Shown in pieces: positions 1 to 13,052 of a stretch of 64,000 nucleotides of DNA; within the stretch, counting starts at the first letter, position 1; each line of letters starts with the position of its first letter. This DNA is from Podarcis pityusensis (taxonomy: Eukaryota). Both the position numbers and the translations under genes were made by a program. The notes under the pieces were generated by a model. The model ran no database searches and was not told where the DNA came from. It saw nothing but the letters and a program-made list of their open reading frames with translations. The stretch lies in the NCBI GenBank assembly GCA_964106645.2, contig OZ067042.1. One strand, given 5' to 3'.

Positions 1-374
1 GCCCTCCTCTGGACACGTTCCAGTTTGTCAATGTCCTTCTTGAACTGTGGTGCCCAGAACTGGACACAGTACTCCAGGTGAGGTCTGACCAGAGCAGAAT
101 ACAGTGGCACTATTACTTCCCTTGATCTAGATGCTATACTCCTATTGATGCAGCCCAGAATTGCATTGGCTTTTTTAGCTGCCGCGTCACACTGTTGGCT
201 CATGTCAAGTTTGTGGTCAACCAAGACTCCTAGATCCTTTTCACATGTACTGCTCTCAAGCCAGGTGTCCCCCATCTTGTATTTGTGCCTCTCATTTTTT
301 TTGCCCAAGTGCAATACTTTACATTTCTCCCTGTTAAAATTCATCTTGTTTGTTTTGGCCCAGTTCTCTAATCT
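1..374 (-). mobile_element. CR1 LINE fragment (RT C-terminal region), young, 5'-truncated at ~374 and running off the window start
   Basis: Reverse complement is near-identical to ~15662-16034 of the CR1 below; ORFs 145..495(+) and 15646..15891(-) share the same antisense peptide. Confidence 0.95.
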
Positions 375-393
375 TTGTCAATGTCAAATTCTG

Positions 394-687
394 GAAGAAG
401 AAGAAGAAGAAGAAGAAGAAGAAGAAGAAGAAGAAGAAGAGTTTGGATTTGATATCCCGCCTTTCACTCCCTTTAAGGAGTCTCAAAGCGGCTAACATTC
501 TCCTTTCCCTTCCTCCCCCACAACAAACACTCTGTGAGGTGAGTGGGGCTGAGAGACTTCAAAGAAGTGTGACTGGCCCAAGGTCACGCAGCAGCTGCAT
601 GTGGAGGAGCGGAGACGTGAACCCGGTTCCCCAGATTACGAGACTACCGCTCTTAACCACTACACCACACTGGCTACACCACACTGG
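394..687 (-). mobile_element. Squam3-type tRNA/CORE SINE with (CTT)n tail
   Basis: Minus strand starts AGCCAGTGTGGTGTAGTGGTTAAGAGC (A box), has GGGTTCACGTCTCC (B-box-like) and GTGACCTTGGGCCAGTCAC (CORE-like); (GAA)n tail 394-440; candidate TSD CTGGAAG at 391-397 and 684-690; second copy at 16489-16729. Confidence 0.85.
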
Positions 688-1113
688 AAGGATTGCGAGG
701 GACTGAAATGCTCAGGACACCCTACTTCTGTGAATACTAAGTAAATAAAGGATATTTCTCCCCCCCCCCCGCTTGGTAAGTCCATGATTCATTCAACTGA
801 AGAAGGAGACTGTGAGTTGCACATCTAAGGTTTATCACATTCACTGAATGAACTTTGTGTGCTAGAATAAATTTAAAACTTATCTCGTTGAAGCATCTCA
901 CTTTGGAAATATGTCAAGGTTTCTAAATTAAGGCTATATACATTGCAGTATGCTGTTTCTACTAACTGAAATGGCATGGTATTGATTAGTATAACCTTCA
1001 AGCACTGAAGTTAGTTACACAAATTTTCTTGTAAAGATTTTAAGATGGACATGCACATTCACAAACAGGAATGGTGCTCAAGCAGGAGTTGGGAAGTATA
1101 AAGAAGTATATAC

Positions 1114-1797
1114 CAAACAGAAGTACAGTGTTCAGTTCAAGGGAAGTAATAGTACCACTCTGTTCTGTATTGGTCAGAACATAAGTAGAATACTGTGTCC
1201 AGTTTGGGGCACCACAATTTAAGAAGGATATTGACAAGCTGAAATGTGTACAGAGGAGAGGGCCCAATATGTTCAAGGATCTGGAAACCAAGCCTTATGA
1301 GGAAGGGTTGAGGGAGTTGGGTATGTTTGGCCTGGTAAAGGAGGCTGAGAGAAGATATGATAGCCATCTTCAGATATCTAAATGGCTGTCATATGGAAGA
1401 CAGAGCAAGCTTATTTTCTTTGCTCTGGAGCGTAGGACTTGAACCAATGGATTCAAGTTACAAGAAAGGTGATTCTGACTAAACATCAAGAAGAACTTTC
1501 TGACAGTAAGAGCTGTTCAACAGTGGAATGGACTCCCTCAGAAGGTGTGGACTCTCCTTCCTTGAAGGTTTTAAAACAGAGGTTGAATGGCCATCTGGCT
1601 GGGTTTCCCCAGCCACTCTGGGTGGCTTTCAACAGAATAGTCAAATACAATAGTCTATTAAACATTAAAAGCTTCCCTAAACAGGGCTGCCTTCAGATTC
1701 ATTAGTTCAGTTTCCTGCATTGCAGGGAGTTGAACTAGATGACCCTCAGCATCCCTTTCCATTCTACAATTCTACATTTCTTTGATTCTATGATTCC
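1114..1797 (+). mobile_element. Older CR1 3' fragment, interrupted at ~1594-1700
   Basis: Colinear, diverged similarity to 15890-16470; ends in an ATTCTATG-type tail (1760-1797). Confidence 0.9.
1594..1700 (-). mobile_element. L2-like 3' fragment embedded in the CR1 3' end
   Basis: CATCTGGCTGG..CCCCAGCCACTCTGGGTGGCTT..CAGGGCTGCCTTCAG is shared with 54680-54790 and is absent from the CR1 copy at 16370-16400. Confidence 0.65.
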
Positions 1798-2521
1798 ACC
1801 TTACCATATCTAAAGTTCTTGCTAGTAAACTCAGTTCTGCTACTTCTGATATTTCTTTTCCTTGCCTCAGATCCATCAGGCTTCTTTTCTGTAGTGATTA
1901 TACAATATCTGCCTCTTTTTCCCTCTCCACATTCACACTTGTCTTATTCCTCCTCACTCCCCAGTTCCCAAATATCCTGCCCCACCGACTGATCAGGATA
2001 CAAGTCAACTCCTAGTTTGTAATTCAATTCATGTTTAAGTCAGCTACCACAAAGTTGTCAACCCCATGCAGTAAATACGGGCTTAATTAAAACTGGGCAT
2101 ATGGTGAAGGTGACATCTGACTGCTTCACTAAGTAGAGATGTCTGCCTACATTCACCCATCCCACACTCTTGAGTTTAGATGGCTTATTGCTCTCACTGT
2201 GGGAAGTGTTCTCCTTACTTACATAAACCCTATACTAAAACAATTGTTTCTTCTTCTACAGTCTCCACTTTGTCAGATACTTAGATAGGAAAGATGCAAA
2301 AGGCTAGAGCTGCTGGGTGCAAAAATGACGCAATGCCAAGCCGATACCTGAGGAGTGTAGATTACAATGTAGTTTTGTTCTTACTCAAAAGTTGTTTCTG
2401 AAGTTTGACTACAGAACTGAGGTTCTGTCTATACTGTGCCTTAAGAGGACATTCAAAGCACATTCTTTCCCTCAAATAATTCTGGGCACTGTGGTTTGTT
2501 GCTGGGGATTGTAATAAACTA

Positions 2522-2747
2522 CAGTGGTACCTCGGATTACATACGCTTCAGGTCACAGACTCCGCTAACCCAGAAATAGTGCTTCAGGTTAAGAACTTTG
2601 CTTCAGGATGAGAACAGAAATCGTGTTTTGGCAGCGCGGCGGCAGCAGGAGGCCCCATTAGCTAAAGTGGTGCTTCAGGTTAAGAACAGTTTCAGGTTAA
2701 GAACGGACCTACAGAACAAATTAAGTACTTAACCCGAGGTACCACTG
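2522..2747. mobile_element. Tc1/mariner (pogo/Tigger-like) MITE, 226-bp family A
   Basis: TIRs CAGTGGTACCTCGG / CCGAGGTACCACTG flanked by TA on both sides; internal TTCAGGTT repeats; nested in an older palindromic element (~2430-2810). Confidence 0.92.
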
Positions 2748-4347
2748 TACAGTGCCCAGAATTCTTTGTGGGAATGAATGTGTTTTGAATATGTTTTAAA
2801 GGTAGAATGTGTGTGCTTCCTAATAAGTCAAACTACACTATTCTCAGATGAAAATATTATTAAAGGATGCTACCTTAAGGCTTCAATAATGATTTCATAT
2901 TAAAAAAACACAAGGTTGGTATTACCTTCTTGTACACCAGATGCTTTTCATTTTTTTTCACACTGTGGGGTATCCCTCTTCCTTTCTGCAGATATGGCAT
3001 AGGATCTATGTTGAGATTTACACATTTGCCTTTATAGCCCAATGGACAATAGTATATTTGAGTGCCGTTGTGAAAATTCCCATTGCATATTTGGTTTGAA
3101 GCCTTCGTTACTAAAAGCAACATGTTACCTTCTAGGCCATAATGAAGACACATTGAACAGTCCGTGTTCTAGTAAGAAAGTCATGTGTTGAAATATTTGC
3201 AGCAAGTATGGAAATCTTTTCCAGACTGAACTCCAAGATCAGTCAAAACACTGTCAAGCCCGATGGGGTGAGAATATATGAAGTATTACATTTCCCACAC
3301 TATAGCCTATCCGCTGTAACCACAACATAACACACTCCATACAGACGCTGTACTTGAATAATGTTTCTCCAGCTGTCGGAGAGAGAAGTAAGAGAATGTA
3401 AAGATGGGCTTGCTTTACAGATGGGCTAAATTCTCTCCTTTCAGAGACTTTGGCAGATGCAGTAGGACAATTGAAAAGGAACTTAGCCTGAACCAGATGT
3501 ACACAAGATACAAATGCATTGAGTCAGTTATGCTCTTTGCCTTAAAATATGTTGCGCTAACATGTATCTTCAAAGGGAACATGTTCAATGGCACACATGC
3601 TTGGTATTCACACCTAATGCAAGTTGTGCACACTTTGTTCTCCAGAATTTACACCCAAGTTAAACATGCCTCAAAAGAAGACACTCTCCACTTTTTATTT
3701 GTCTTCGTTATCCCTTTGTGCTGTAAGGGTGTAGAAAGTACTTTGAGCCTTAGAAGTTTTGAGGGCAGAATTTGTACCAAAATTGATTTTGCCTTGAGGG
3801 AAGACTCTTGCCCTGCTCCTGGTCACTGCGCATCATCTCTTGCAATGACACATTTCCTTGCTCACATTTTGAAAAATATGTGGATGAAAGGAGAAATAGG
3901 AAATACAGGCACATCTCTGTAACCTAGGAAAGTTAAGACATAATTATGAGACGTGTGCTTAGTAATATTCCATTATTCATGCATCCCCAAAGTCTTGTCT
4001 ATATATAGGCTTGGGTGGAATCCAGTTGTGCCCTTGTGCTCGCTGAAGGACTTCTGATCCTGCAGATGCCTCTACAAATGGAAGAGGGCAGGTGACTTCT
4101 GCCAATTTCCTCTCTCCTTTGCAGTCTCCAACATCCAGAGAGTCGGAGAAGTGAATAGGCTCCAGAGGTTGGAAGACCCTCCAAAACAGGATGAGAGGTG
4201 GCATGGATGGGGGACGGCTCTGCAGGATGGAAGGTTAAGTTGGCAAAAATGGTCTCCACCTATTCCATTAATGGAGGTGTGCACTGCATCAAAAGCCCTT
4301 TCCTGGTGCAAAGTTACGAGTTGGATTAAACTACAAGTCATGAAGTA

Positions 4348-4840
4348 CAGTGGTACCTTAGTTCCCAAACTTAATCCATTCCAGAAATCCATTCCAAAAC
4401 CAAGGTGCGCTTTCCCATAGAAAGTAATGCAAAATGGCTTAATCCGTGCCAGACTTTAAAAAACAACCCCAGAACAGCAATTTAACATGAATTTTACTAT
4501 CTAACGAGACCATTGATCCATAAAATGAAAGCAATAAAGCAATGTACTGCAGTCACACAACCAATCAATCAGTAGCTGAACTGGGTTCCACACAGTCACA
4601 AAAACAAAACAAAAAAGAGCCACAAAAACAAAAATGCAAAATAAATAGCAAAAACAGACAGACCTCAGTGTAACACTCAAAATGGAAGTGTGGCACTCAA
4701 ATTGGAAGTGTAACGTTCAAAATGGAGCACATCCAGCTTCCGAAAAAAGTTCGCAAACCAAAACACTTACATCCGGGTTTGCAGTGTTTGGGTTCCAAGT
4801 TGTTTGAGTACCAAGGTGTTTGAGAACCAAGGTACCACTG
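4348..4840. mobile_element. Tc1/mariner non-autonomous element, 493-bp family B
   Basis: TIRs CAGTGGTACCTTAGTT / AACCAAGGTACCACTG; TA on the left, CA (mutated TA) on the right. Confidence 0.85.
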
Positions 4841-6108
4841 CATAGCAAAACTCAATAGAGTATAGTTTGTCACACTGCCATAGGCCAGTGCTAGTTCAGT
4901 GACTGTCTTTGAGAACAGGCTACACAAATTATTGCAGACTGTTCTAGCTGTCCCTCTGCAACTTGATTACACTGAACCCATCTGTGGCCAAACAAACTGC
5001 AGCATGACAACACTCCTTTGTTTTTATTATACTTGGGCTGTACCCTTGCTCCACTCACCAAACCCTCTCCCCACATTTTTCCTCTTGCAGGGTTCCCAAA
5101 TGCCCACTGCACTCAGGGAAGCCTGAGAAATAAGCCTGGAATTTAAAATGTAAGTTTCTTTCTTGTGCCTCTAATAGCAGTGGAGACAGGGAGGCAGGGG
5201 TAAGGAGAGGAATACGTTTCTTTCTCCCCACCCATCACTGCTTGCATTTTCAAATGATGACTCTCTTACATTTTTATTATATAGTAAGACTGGTGGCTGT
5301 GTCTGATACAGTCGCATGCAGCAAAACAAGACTGCATGTGGCTGCATCTGTGACTATATCCATCCAGAATGAAAGAAACTAAAGCTAAATAAATACAGTT
5401 AACAGACCCAGCAAGAGTGTTTCCAGAGCTAATACCTTCAAGTTCATGACTACTGTCAGTTTTATCCAAGGAACTACCAGGCACAGAATCACAAATGCCA
5501 ACATTTATTTAAACATCAGTAGAGTTGGGCTCTAGAAATGCAAGCTTCCAATTAATCTTTTATATGCTAATATATATTTCTGAACCATTTTAATAAGTTA
5601 ACAGACTCTCTGCGATACCCCTTTAAATAATTTAGTGCATTGTTCATTGGCAGCTGCATACTGGAAAAACAAACAAAAACAAAATATAGGCCAGGTAGAA
5701 CATACTTTTATACAAGCATTTAACTAGATATTAAGCTATTTAAATGCTAATAATATGTGAGTTCTAGTTTCCATAGTACGTGCACTGGATGTACAGTATA
5801 ATAAATAAGAACGTACCAGTGCATGGAAAGAAATAGTGCTACGATTTAGACTAGCATATTAACATGCTTAACTTTTTACAAATGAATTAGTGGAACAATG
5901 CCTCTTTATTCATTAGTAAAGACTTGTGTTCGCTGAGATACTGCATTCCTGATAGAAATGTGTTTACAATTTACTGTTAGGGATCAGTAGGGCTCTGTAG
6001 CACACTGTGTCTGCAAAAAGCTTCATGTGTTAATTTGGCATGGGGGTTAGCACACTATTTTGACAAAGGCTGCAATCCTGAGCACCCTTGCTAGAGAGTG
6101 AGAACTTC

Positions 6109-6682
6109 AGAACATAAGAAGAATCCTGCTGGGTCAGGCCAATGGCCCATCTAGTCCAGCATCCTGTTCTCACAGTGGCTAACCAGATGCCTATGAGAAG
6201 CCCACAAGTATGACATGAGCATAGTAGTGTTGTATGGAAGTGAGAGCTGGACCATAAAGAAGGCTGATTGCTGAAGAATTGATGCTTTTGAATTATGGTG
6301 CTGGAGGAGACTCTTGAGAGTCCCATGGACTGCAAGAAGAACAAACCTATCCATTCTTAAGGAAATCAGCCCTGAGTGCTCACTGGAAGGACAGATCGTG
6401 AAGCTGAGGCTCCAATACTTTGGCCACCTCATGAGAAGAGAAGACTCCCTGGAAAAGACCCTGATGCTGGGAAAGATGGAGGGCACAAGGAGAAGGGGAC
6501 GACAGAGGATGAGATGGTTGGATAGTGTTCTCGAAGCTACCAGCATGAGTTTGACCAAACTGCGGGAGGCAGTGGAAGACAGGAGTGCCTGGCGTGCTCT
6601 GGTCCATGGGGTCATGAAGAGCCGGACATGACTAAACGACTAAACAACAACATGACATGAGCACAACAGCATTCTCCCCACT
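6109..6682 (-). mobile_element. CR1-type 3' UTR fragment split by the BovB insertion
   Basis: AGAACATAAGAAGA..GGCCCATCTAGTCCAGCATCC is the reverse of the CR1 3' UTR at 53020-53180 and 62210-62355; the sequence resumes after 6651. Confidence 0.75.
6222..6651 (+). mobile_element. BovB (RTE clade) LINE 3' fragment
   Basis: ORF2 C-terminal peptide RVPWTARRTNLSILKEISPECSLEGQIVKLRLQYFGHLMRREDSLEKTLMLGK; (CAA)n tail; 12-bp TSD ATGACATGAGCA at 6210-6221 and 6652-6663. Confidence 0.95.
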
Positions 6683-7199
6683 TGGGCTCTTTGACATTCA
6701 GTTTCAGAACCAACTGTTCTAGGGCACAGTCACTTTGGTATCTAGAAATCTTAACTCTTTGTCATGTCTGGAACACTAATTTAGCCAGTCTATGTAATTA
6801 CGTAAATCTCACTGGACTTGGTACTCCTGAGTATACATGCTGTACAAACATTATATATTTTAGCCTCCATGAATTCATTTATCACTAGACTTCTGTGGGT
6901 CACGGTTGCTGGCCCCCATCTCCAGCATCTCTACATTCAGCCAAAGAACCTAACAGCCTACATAACTAAAAGTTATACGCACATATCTGTGTGAGCAGCG
7001 ACCCAGCAAAAGGTAGGGAGCCCAGTCGCATGTGCAGTTGTTCATGAGTAAGCTCTGTTCAGACCTGTGGATGGACATGTGGAAGGGTAAACTAACAGGC
7101 ATAACCACACTTCTCCCTGTCCATACGTTCTTATATATGAATATGTCTCATGAACAGGGCTTTCATTATGCTGTTAGCCACCATATCATATTCTGGTGG

Positions 7200-7381
7200 C
7201 AGGGGTGTCAACTTGAATAAAATATTGGGGGCAGGTAAGCCCCACGCCACATTACTGATCACCTGACGTGGTGCACACACATTATTTTAATAGCAATGCT
7301 TATCAACTTTTGGGGGGCCCGTCCCCTATAAATATTTTATTGGGGGGCAAAGGCCCCTCAGCCCCTAGGAGTTGGCTCCTG
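7200..7381. mobile_element. hAT-type MITE
   Basis: CAGGGGTGTCAACT...AGTTGGCTCCTG imperfect TIRs; 8-bp TSD TCTGGTGG / TCTGGTGT. Confidence 0.8.
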
Positions 7382-7501
7382 TCTGGTGTATTCATTTGTG
7401 TGTATGTATAAATCATATCAATTTCTTCTGTCTGTTGATTTCTCTAGTTATCCTCTTTCCCTAGAATAGGAAATTGCTTCCTGTTTAAAATTACAATACT
7501 G

Positions 7502-7635
7502 CAGGAGTAGACAACATGGTCCATTCCTTATGTTATTGAACTGCAACTCCCATCAGCCCCATCCATTCTGACCAATTGTCAGGGATGATGGGCCTTAATA
7601 GTCAAATCTGGAGGGCATCATGTTAGCTACAGCTG
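7502..7635. mobile_element. hAT MITE (~135-bp palindromic family), degenerate
   Basis: Exact 8-bp TSD CAATACTG at 7494-7501 and 7636-7643; similar to 36178-36313. Confidence 0.85.
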
Positions 7636-8744
7636 CAATACTGCTTCAAGAGATCATAAGGATTTGCAAAACAAAACTCTTGAGCTCTCTTCTTAATATT
7701 AGTAATTAGCCAGTTAAAAAATATTCTCCTAAAGGCAAATCCTTGCTCAGAATTAACTTAAGATATGAAAATAACAATGGGGAAGGGGCTCGAGATGAAA
7801 CTAGCTAGGATGGTACATGTCCTACAAAGTTGTAGAACTTTGTTAAAGAGAAAGATATGGAGTTGTCCAAATGTTGAAGGAAGACAGTTCTAAAGAAAGG
7901 AACCAGACCAAATGAGAGAAGCTGGAGAAACTGGAGAAGTTGGATTTGGGATTCAGTACAAGAGAAACATGTGCTTTGTAAAAAGAGAAAAGATCCCCTG
8001 GAGCAACAGAATGTAAACATTTACTGAGAAAACAGAAGAGTGGAGAGGAAGAAAGAAGAAAGGAAGAGTGATATAATTACACAAGAAGCAGAATGAACAC
8101 GCTGAGCAGCAGAGTGAGGCAGACAGCAGAGGGAGGAGATGAAATGAAAACTTGCAAAAGCAGAAAGAGGGTTGTTACAGTAGTCATTATAGGAATTTTC
8201 ATAGCAGGAGATGGATGGAAAGAAGGGAGCTTAGAGAGATCAAGATGTTCAAAGCAACAAGAGCTGGCAGCTTCCTTGATAAAAGAATGAAAAGACAAAG
8301 TGAATTAATAATGACTAGGGATAAGTGGAAGCACTCAGTTCTGCGTCAAAAAGGGGTTTTGTGTGTGTCAAGAATGGAATAGATATGTACTGCTTTGCCA
8401 GGATTCCATCATGGAAGGTGGGAGATCTTCCTGCTAGTGGCTCTGCCAGATTCTGGAGCAACCTCTGGTAATGTGTAACTGAATAAATATGGACATATCC
8501 AGCTGAAAATAAGATCATAGACAAGTAGTAAAATAAGGAGGCAAACCTGTAAGCCCCACTGAATGTAGCTGAACTTACTTTTGGGCAGAAATGTATAGCG
8601 TTGCCTTGTAAACCTAATACAGCCTTAAGAATGTACACAACCCTTTATCATCAACCATTTCTACATGTCCAAAATCTGTGTTTTCCATTAGCAATATTGC
8701 CTATCTGTCAATGGATGAAGCAAAGCCCAATAAAGCAAATGCAT

Positions 8745-8902
8745 AATTGGCTATGAGCTATGATGGCCATGCTCTACCTCCATGGTTGGAGCCAGCATTC
8801 CTCTGTATATCAGCTGCTGGGGATCAAAAGTGAGGAGAGTTCTGTTGTGCTCATGTCCTGATCATAGGCTTCCCACAGGCATCTGGCTGTTCACTGTGAG
8901 AT
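8745..8902 (+). mobile_element. Degenerate CR1 3' UTR fragment
   Basis: Similar to 52980-53120 (GGCTTCCCACAGGCATCTGGCTG..CACTGTGAGA). Confidence 0.6.
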
Positions 8903-11384
8903 GTACTTCTGAGATGGCAAGAGGGAAAGGGGTATGGCTTACCTAAGCTGTCGAGCACTGGAAAGGTTTTGTGTATCTGAATGAGACGTGGCAGACCTAT
9001 TTTTGAACTGTTTTCTTGCGTAAACTCTGAATGAATTTAGCACGATGGCCCCTCTAATGCCTGCAGGGAGGCTTTCCCCTTGTGTCAAGAAATGTTTCAA
9101 ATCATGCTAAGTGCAAACAGTCAAGAGCTCTTCAGAGTTCTTTATAGTGTACATAGGTAACAGTAACAAAGGACTACAGAGGGACAAGTGGGAGAATTCC
9201 TTACCCCAAGGAATACAATGTTTACTTTGCAATGTTTCTGTAAGTTTAAAAGATAGAAAAAACTTGCTTTATCTGCTATAGGGAGAAAAAATAAATCTGC
9301 TAAAGGGGGGGGGGGGAAACTAAGAGGTCATAGTTCTTTATTCCTCAAATTATTGAAGGACTAGTCTAACTTTAACTTGGGTTTGTCTAACAGCACATAG
9401 CTAAAGTGTAAGGTGAGGATAATTTAAAAGTCAAAAGAAAAGAAATGTAAATTCGAGCAATTCTCTTGTCTACAATTAGGCAGCATGCAGCCTTAACTCC
9501 ATGCAACAAGAGGTAATAAAATCAGGCTAGGCTCTTATAAAATATAAAGGAATCCTCCCCAAGAACTGTGAAAAAGAAAGAAATGTAAAAAATTAATGCA
9601 TGCATATTTAGCTCTATTAAATCCATGCAGTTAATGTAAAGTTACAAGGAACATGTTTTTTGGTTAAGGAGTCACTTGAATAGTTGCAAAACCCATATAT
9701 TCTGGCACCAAAACTTAGGCTGGAACAGAGGCTTTATGTTCTGTTGATACATGGTGATTTCCCAACATGGAGAGAGAGAGAGAGAGAGAGTTCTTTTGCT
9801 TTAAGAAAAACAGAAAGCCCCAATATGCCTGCATGGAAGCTTTGAAATCACAGCTATTCACAAAGATATCTGAAAGAATAAAGGAAGTACAAAGAGAAAC
9901 CCTACCTCCTCAAATCAAGTTATAGCACACTCACTGGCTGCTGGGCTTAGGAGGCCTTGCCAAATGGGAGGTCTGATCCATAACTGCATCTTCTTTTGAA
10001 GTGCCTAGTACAAATCAATGGCTAAGATTAGGTAGATGCTGATATGATCTGACGCAACAGTAATTCTTATGTCCCTATATATCCCCCGGTGAAGGCAGGT
10101 TTCTGGCTCCTTTGCACTCATAATATATTGATGCATAAAAGCTACTTTATTCCTCATGCCAATTTTTTTTTTTCTTCAAAGTCATTAATCTGCCCCATCA
10201 TGCTTAAAAATCAAAGCATTGGGTTGGATATATAGAGATGTTTACACCTTGTCAGGAAAAACAAAATCAATGTAATAGCAAGCAGCTTCATAGGGAGGCA
10301 TAGTCCTATAAGTCATTGGCTTTCTCAGTATGAGGGGTGTGTTACATATTTGGATAGTGTGATGCATGGTGCCGTGAAGTGTTACTGGAGTGTAGGTAGG
10401 TTCCCACAAAGCAAGACACAGTGATAACAGCAAGAACCGTTATTGAACTAACAGAACTGGACAACAGGGGCAAAGCAACTGCTTACATACATTTCTGAGC
10501 CCCTCCTACTCTCAACATGATTGGCTGTCTAAACTCCCAAGCTGTGTATCATAACTCAGAGTTTAAGGGCCAGTGGCAGTGGCCCAAATCTTGAAATGTT
10601 CGGTGATTGAATATCATATATCCAATCAAACCACAGGGGCTCAGAATCTTTAGTCCAGACTCAAGCTCAGGCAAACACAGACCACTGAATACATAACAAT
10701 TACCTGTTGGGTGACCAAGTGATTAGCAAGTGGGGGCATCAAAGGTGGCAGAGAATCCAGTACGTATGATTCCTGAAGAGCTATAAAAGGTGTAACTATG
10801 ATCTGAGTCAGTTTGTGGTCATTTTAACAGGCTACTAAGATGATTTTGGTTTCATCTTGATAAAATTTAGGGAAATGATGATTAAGATTCAGAGTATAGC
10901 AGGTGCATAGATTCGGAACAATGCAAAACATAAAAATGGAACCAATATAGCTAAGCCTAAGCTGTGATTTGGATCAGCTGATTCTTCTAGGCATTCGTAC
11001 AACATAAAAATGTTTCAGAGGAATGTAACCTGGCAGTTCCTTCTTTGCTTGTTTTAGTCAGGATCTTGCCACAAGAAGTTCATCAGTAGCTACAAGGCCT
11101 TGCCCAGTTTGGTTAGCGATGACCAAGCATGAACTTGTTCTACATGCCTGGTCAGTCTTACTAACCCATAGGAGGCCTCACGGCTAGCCACTACAGTGCT
11201 GTTTCAGGGTCTGAACTTTCTAGTTTTGTTTTGTGGAATGGATAAAGTAGTAAGGAGTCAAGTATTACTTCAACATTAGTGGGCTGCTGGTGGAACTAGT
11301 AGACTTTTCACCATACCTGTTTGTTACACAGCGCTGTTCCTGGGTTGTGCTGATTGATGGCTGCTACACAGGGCAGAGCAAGGT

Positions 11385-11765
11385 CAGATCAACAGGTGGC
11401 CTTGGGAAGGGGGAGAATTTTGGTTCAATTTGCATTGGCAATCCTTCAAGATTTGCACTTCTTCAAATTTTTCATGCAGATCTCTAGCCAAGAATTGTGT
11501 GCACATATGTGACTATTAGGGTGTGCACAGACATGCATATATTAGTGAAAACACCCTACAAAATATATGTTAAATAATTAATAAATGTTAGAGGAAATTG
11601 GTTGCAGAAATGTGTATATTGAGCAAAATGTGTTCAAAAATGTGTGCAATAGGAGAAATTCACACTAAAATGCTGATGAATTTGCATGAGGGCATTTAAT
11701 TGCAATTTTCACAGCAATCATAAATATGTAATTTTAGAAGGAAAATGTACATTTCTCACTATTCT
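11385..11765. repeat. Unclassified AT-rich interspersed repeat, inverted relative of 26205-26690
   Basis: Shared motifs in opposite orientation, e.g. GCACTTCTTCAAAT..TCTCTAGCCAAG vs CTTAGCTGGAGA..TTTGGAGAAGTG. Confidence 0.5.
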
Positions 11766-13009
11766 TGGACGAACCCTTGATCACTTCCTATAAAAACTAT
11801 CTGCCTATCTTGCGCCTTCAAATTTTGGAAGCTAGGTATCTTTTTCAGCTAGGCAATGAATTCTAAACCCTATAGATGTAATTCAGACTTTGTAAGAGAA
11901 GCAGGGGGGTGATGGTTCACAGAAAGACTTTGCTTGACATGGGACAGTGATAAAACTGCTCACTAGTTATGGGAAGAGACCATGCACAGTGTGCAGAAGG
12001 AAATTGTGTGTGGTCAACAAGTTCCTTTATATACCCCAAGTTTCTCTCTGAATCGCTGAAGCCAGCAGGAGCTTCAAAACTGAATGGTCACTTTTAAAAA
12101 ATGAAAGCATGGCTTAAAGCACCATCTAGTGTTCATTTCAGAAACACAGAGTTATATTGGGAAATTGATAACTAGGGTTGCATACTCAGTAAAGAAACAA
12201 CAAATATAATGTACACAGCGAAACTAAGCACTTTAAAAATAAATACTGTTATTGATTTGGTCTCAGGTGCAACCCAGCTGACAAGTGCCAGAGCCCTTCC
12301 TGATATCCCAATTCTGGAGACAAAAATGATGGAGGGTATGCAATGTTTGATTTTCTTTTTGAATGCACAGCTGCTGTGGCTATGGGGGGGGGGAACAACG
12401 CCCTCTTGGGATGTAAGCTCAATAACTTTTTGAAATATGGCAACCCTAGTTAAGGCAGTAAACCTTTCAATTTTTTCTGCTTCTGATGCAGCTTTAAAAG
12501 GAAATTGGCTCCTGTGACGCAACACACACATTTATCGGCCACCCCAATCTCCTACACAAGCTGGTGCCTCTGAGAATTAGGCATTCCATGACATCTCAGT
12601 AACTCATCCAGTCACAGCTAGGGCGTTCAGTGGTGGTCTTTGTCTCAGCAGAAAATGCTACTTGCTCATGCAAGTTGAGGAGCCCAGTTTTCGAATGAAT
12701 CGCCCCCCCCCCCCACAAACACTAGAGACGGTGACGTGATTTCTGTTTTCCAACCTCAAAGCATTAAAGTCTGCCCTTGCAGGAGAGAACTGCTGCACCT
12801 ATCTTCCTGAAATGTGACCAGTTTCGTTCTCTCAGAAGGGGAAATTGCTCCTGCAGTTTGAATCCAATTCTTGCAGAAAAAAAGTTTAAATGTTCTCTGA
12901 AAAACCCCTCTCACTCCCATGCTGCCTGCTGGATCTGCCTGAAATTTGACAGGCTTCATCAACCACTGAGGAGCAACTTTATTTCTAAATTTCATCCACT
13001 TGTGTGAAA

Positions 13010-13011
<2 letters not shown>

Positions 13012-13050
<39 letters not shown>
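13012..13050. repeat. (GT)n microsatellite
   Basis: Direct reading. Confidence 0.95.

Positions 13051-13052
<2 letters not shown>

Noticed and set aside
145-706. ORFs with poly-E / poly-K
   Set aside because: Antisense CR1 plus the (GAA)n SINE tail
3404-3922. 172-aa ORF
   Set aside because: No recognisable domain; composition resembles random AT-rich DNA and it overlaps a degenerate palindromic repeat
7750-8350. Purine-rich stretch, possible ERV/LINE remnant
   Set aside because: No retroelement motif, terminus or TSD found
10440-11275. Possible LTR (TATAAAA at ~10782, ends ..TTCAACA)
   Set aside because: No matching TG start or TSD
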